A DNA stretch of 64,000 bases from an uncultured Candidatus Actinomarina sp. (GTDB lineage Bacteria; Actinomycetota; Acidimicrobiia; Actinomarinales; Actinomarinaceae): contig CACMQN010000006.1 of NCBI GenBank assembly GCA_902615855.1, positions 6,208 to 70,207 of the forward strand. Reading direction: 5' to 3'. The notes under the pieces were generated by a model that searched no databases, was not told the origin of the DNA, and was given only the letters and a program-made list of their open reading frames with translations. This document shows, in pieces, positions 62,560 through 64,000 of the stretch. The number at the start of each line of letters is the position of its first letter. The stretch's first letter is position 1. The position numbers were made by a program, and so were the translations under genes.

Positions 62560-63155
62560 TCTTCTCCCCAAGTTTCTTCTAAAAAGCCTTTTCTTCCACT
62601 TGCTTCAGCATATATTTGATATCTTGCACTTTGTTTTTTATAAAAGTCTTGGTGGTATTCTTCAGCTATATAAAACTCGGGGGCTTCTGATATTACTGTA
62701 ACAATGGGTTTAGAAAATTTACCAGAATTCTCTAGAACCTCTTTTGATTTTTTGGCTAAATCGTTCTGTTCATCTCCAATTGTAAAGATTTCAGTCCTGT
62801 ACTGTGAACCAACGTCAGCAAATTGATAATTAAGTGATGTAGGATCTATATTCCTCCAAAATACTTCTAGTAGTTCCTCATATGAGACAATATTTGGATC
62901 ATATAAAATTTCTACTACTTCAGCATGTCCTGTTTTTCCAGTAACAACTTGTTCATATGTTGGATTTTCAATTGTGCCACCCATATATCCTGAAGTAGCT
63001 TCAATTACGCCATCCAATGCTTCAAATGGTGGCTCCATGCACCAAAAACAACCTCCAGCAAAGTAAGCTTTTTCAGTATTTTGTGACATATCTGATGTTT
63101 CTAAACTTATGCATGAAAACAATAGTAGTAGAAAAATAAATTTTAAATTTTTCAT
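62556..63155 (-). CDS. msrA: Peptide-methionine (S)-S-oxide reductase with an N-terminal lipoprotein-type signal (exported MsrA)
   Basis: Active site GGCFWCMEP. N-terminus MKNLKFIFLLLLFSCIS. Confidence 0.85.
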   Translation of the reverse strand: MKNLKFIFLLLLFSCISLETSDMSQNTEKAYFAGGCFWCMEPPFEALDGVIEATSGYMGGTIENPTYEQVVTGKTGHAEVVEILYDPNIVSYEELLEVFWRNIDPTSLNYQFADVGSQYRTEIFTIGDEQNDLAKKSKEVLENSGKFSKPIVTVISEAPEFYIAEEYHQDFYKKQSARYQIYAEASGRKGFLEETWGED

Positions 63156-63200
63156 AATACGTAAGTATATAAATTCAAAAATTTACATTTATGTAAATGT

Positions 63201-63230
63201 AAAAAAGGACCAGTTGACTGGTCCTTTTTT
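63201..63230. terminator. Bidirectional-looking intrinsic terminator AAAAAAGGACCAG-TTGA-CTGGTCCTTTTTT
   Basis: 8-bp GC-containing stem flanked by A6 and T6, read directly. It lies 5 nt after the stop of the 63235-63852 gene. Confidence 0.7.
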
Positions 63231-63234
63231 CTTA

Positions 63235-63852
63235 TTAATTGCCTGATGAGCTAAAAGCTACACCTATTGCAAATGTAAACACGGGAAATAAAATTACGCC
63301 ACCCAATAAAAATATTGGAACAGCAGCTGCTTGAGGGACTAATCCAAACAAATTGCCGATACTGACAGCGATTACCAAGTAAGCTGCAGCTTGTCCAGAA
63401 ATTTTACCCCACGAGGGAACCATTCTATTTTCATCAGCGCTCAATAAACATAATGCCCAGATACCAAATAATAGGAATGTAGCAAGTTGTCCTACATTTG
63501 CTATTTCTGATACTTGATTTGCGTTGAGAACGGTCTCAAATACATTATTAGCATTAGCTGTTGGTGCTAATGAACCCGTCAATTGTACAACTGCAGCAAC
63601 AAATGTAATTGCGCTAACAATTCTAAAATAAGGATTATTATCACCAAAAAGCTTTTGTGTTAGAGAAATTGTAAACAGTAATGCAAAGCTTTGTACAAAG
63701 CCAACAATATCAACTATTCCTCCATATTGCTCACTGTATCCAACTTGATCAGGTCCTATAAGCAATGCAAATACCGCAAATTGAACAATAGTTCCTATAG
63801 CTGCAATTCTTGCCATCAAACTTCCAAGTTGTGCTTCTTTTGTAGTTAGCAA
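63235..63852 (-). CDS. Polytopic membrane protein, unknown function
   Basis: 205 aa, about 6 TM. TTG start 4 nt after an AGGAGG Shine-Dalgarno. Confidence 0.6.
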   Translation of the reverse strand: MLTTKEAQLGSLMARIAAIGTIVQFAVFALLIGPDQVGYSEQYGGIVDIVGFVQSFALLFTISLTQKLFGDNNPYFRIVSAITFVAAVVQLTGSLAPTANANNVFETVLNANQVSEIANVGQLATFLLFGIWALCLLSADENRMVPSWGKISGQAAAYLVIAVSIGNLFGLVPQAAAVPIFLLGGVILFPVFTFAIGVAFSSSGN

Positions 63853-63929
63853 ACTTCCTCCTAGTTAACTCTTATATTTAATATTTTACAAAAAAAAGTT
63901 CCCGTTAGAGGTCTCTTTTTGATCAAAAA

Positions 63930-64000
63930 TTAATTTGGTGTTTCACCTTCTTTGAAATCGACAAATAATTTACCAGCGTATACAGGACCCATATAGGCGA
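63930..64000 (-). CDS. 3' end of an unidentified gene (...AYMGPVYAGKLFVDFKEGETPN*), continuing beyond the window end
   Basis: My translation of the minus strand. The frame is open to the window edge. Too short to identify. Confidence 0.35.
   Translation of the reverse strand, partial: AYMGPVYAGKLFVDFKEGETPN

Noticed and set aside
1-64000. tRNA, rRNA, tmRNA, RNase P RNA, SRP RNA, 6C RNA and known riboswitches (SAM upstream of the metB/C-like gene, lysine upstream of lysA, ydaO upstream of the cwlM-like gene)
   Set aside because: No GC-rich unannotated stretch or recognisable conserved core (for example GTTCGAATC T-loops or C-rich 6C loops) was seen. lysA and the cwlM-like gene have no upstream spacer at all. 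The 92-nt spacer before the metB/C-like gene is almost pure A/T with no SAM-box features. A proper tRNAscan or Infernal run is still needed.

Overview
This is an AT-rich window (about one-third G+C by eye, not computed) with very high gene density. I call about 75 CDS. Many have 4-nt start/stop overlaps, and many convergent gene pairs overlap at their 3' ends.

The first 13 kb is the replication-origin neighbourhood of an actinobacterium. The order is gyrB'-DUF721/DciA-like-dnaN-dnaA | rpmH-rnpA-yidD-yidC-jag-rsmG-parA-parB | cwlM-like-trxB-...-NUDIX | cca, which matches the Mycobacterium/Streptomyces origin synteny. recF, trxC, murJ and sigM are missing from their usual places. Together with the low G+C, this suggests a genome-streamlined marine actinobacterium; that lineage call is inference only.

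Next come housekeeping genes: argR, pepP, uppS, a Ste24-type protease, zur plus znuACB, a stand-alone trpB2 and a MacB-type ABC pair.

From about 27 to 47 kb the content looks accessory and is rich in paralogues:
- a ~1060-aa lipoprotein with 13 short Cys-loop repeats and a PPGG tail;
- two paralogous membrane proteins followed by four ABM-like (dimeric alpha-beta barrel) genes and an acyltransferase-3;
- PlsC-like acyltransferases;
- a P450 bracketed by two paralogous ~155-bp RNA-like modules;
- two paralogous Asp-box lipoproteins.

The last 17 kb mixes core metabolism (nfo, lysA, a metB/C-like gene, msrA, arsC, cutA) with a nucleoside-salvage cluster and a second P450.

Regulatory sites read directly from the sequence:
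- a perfect parS inside rsmG;
- two Zur-box palindromes;
- an ARG-box-like palindrome in front of argR;
- a Trp-codon leader peptide with terminator and antiterminator in front of trpB2;
- a 14-mer built on the palindrome TTCGCGAA, present in three intergenic loci.

I recognised no rRNA, tRNA, CRISPR array, transposase, integrase or prophage genes. All product calls rest on motifs and synteny read by eye. No database search was run.
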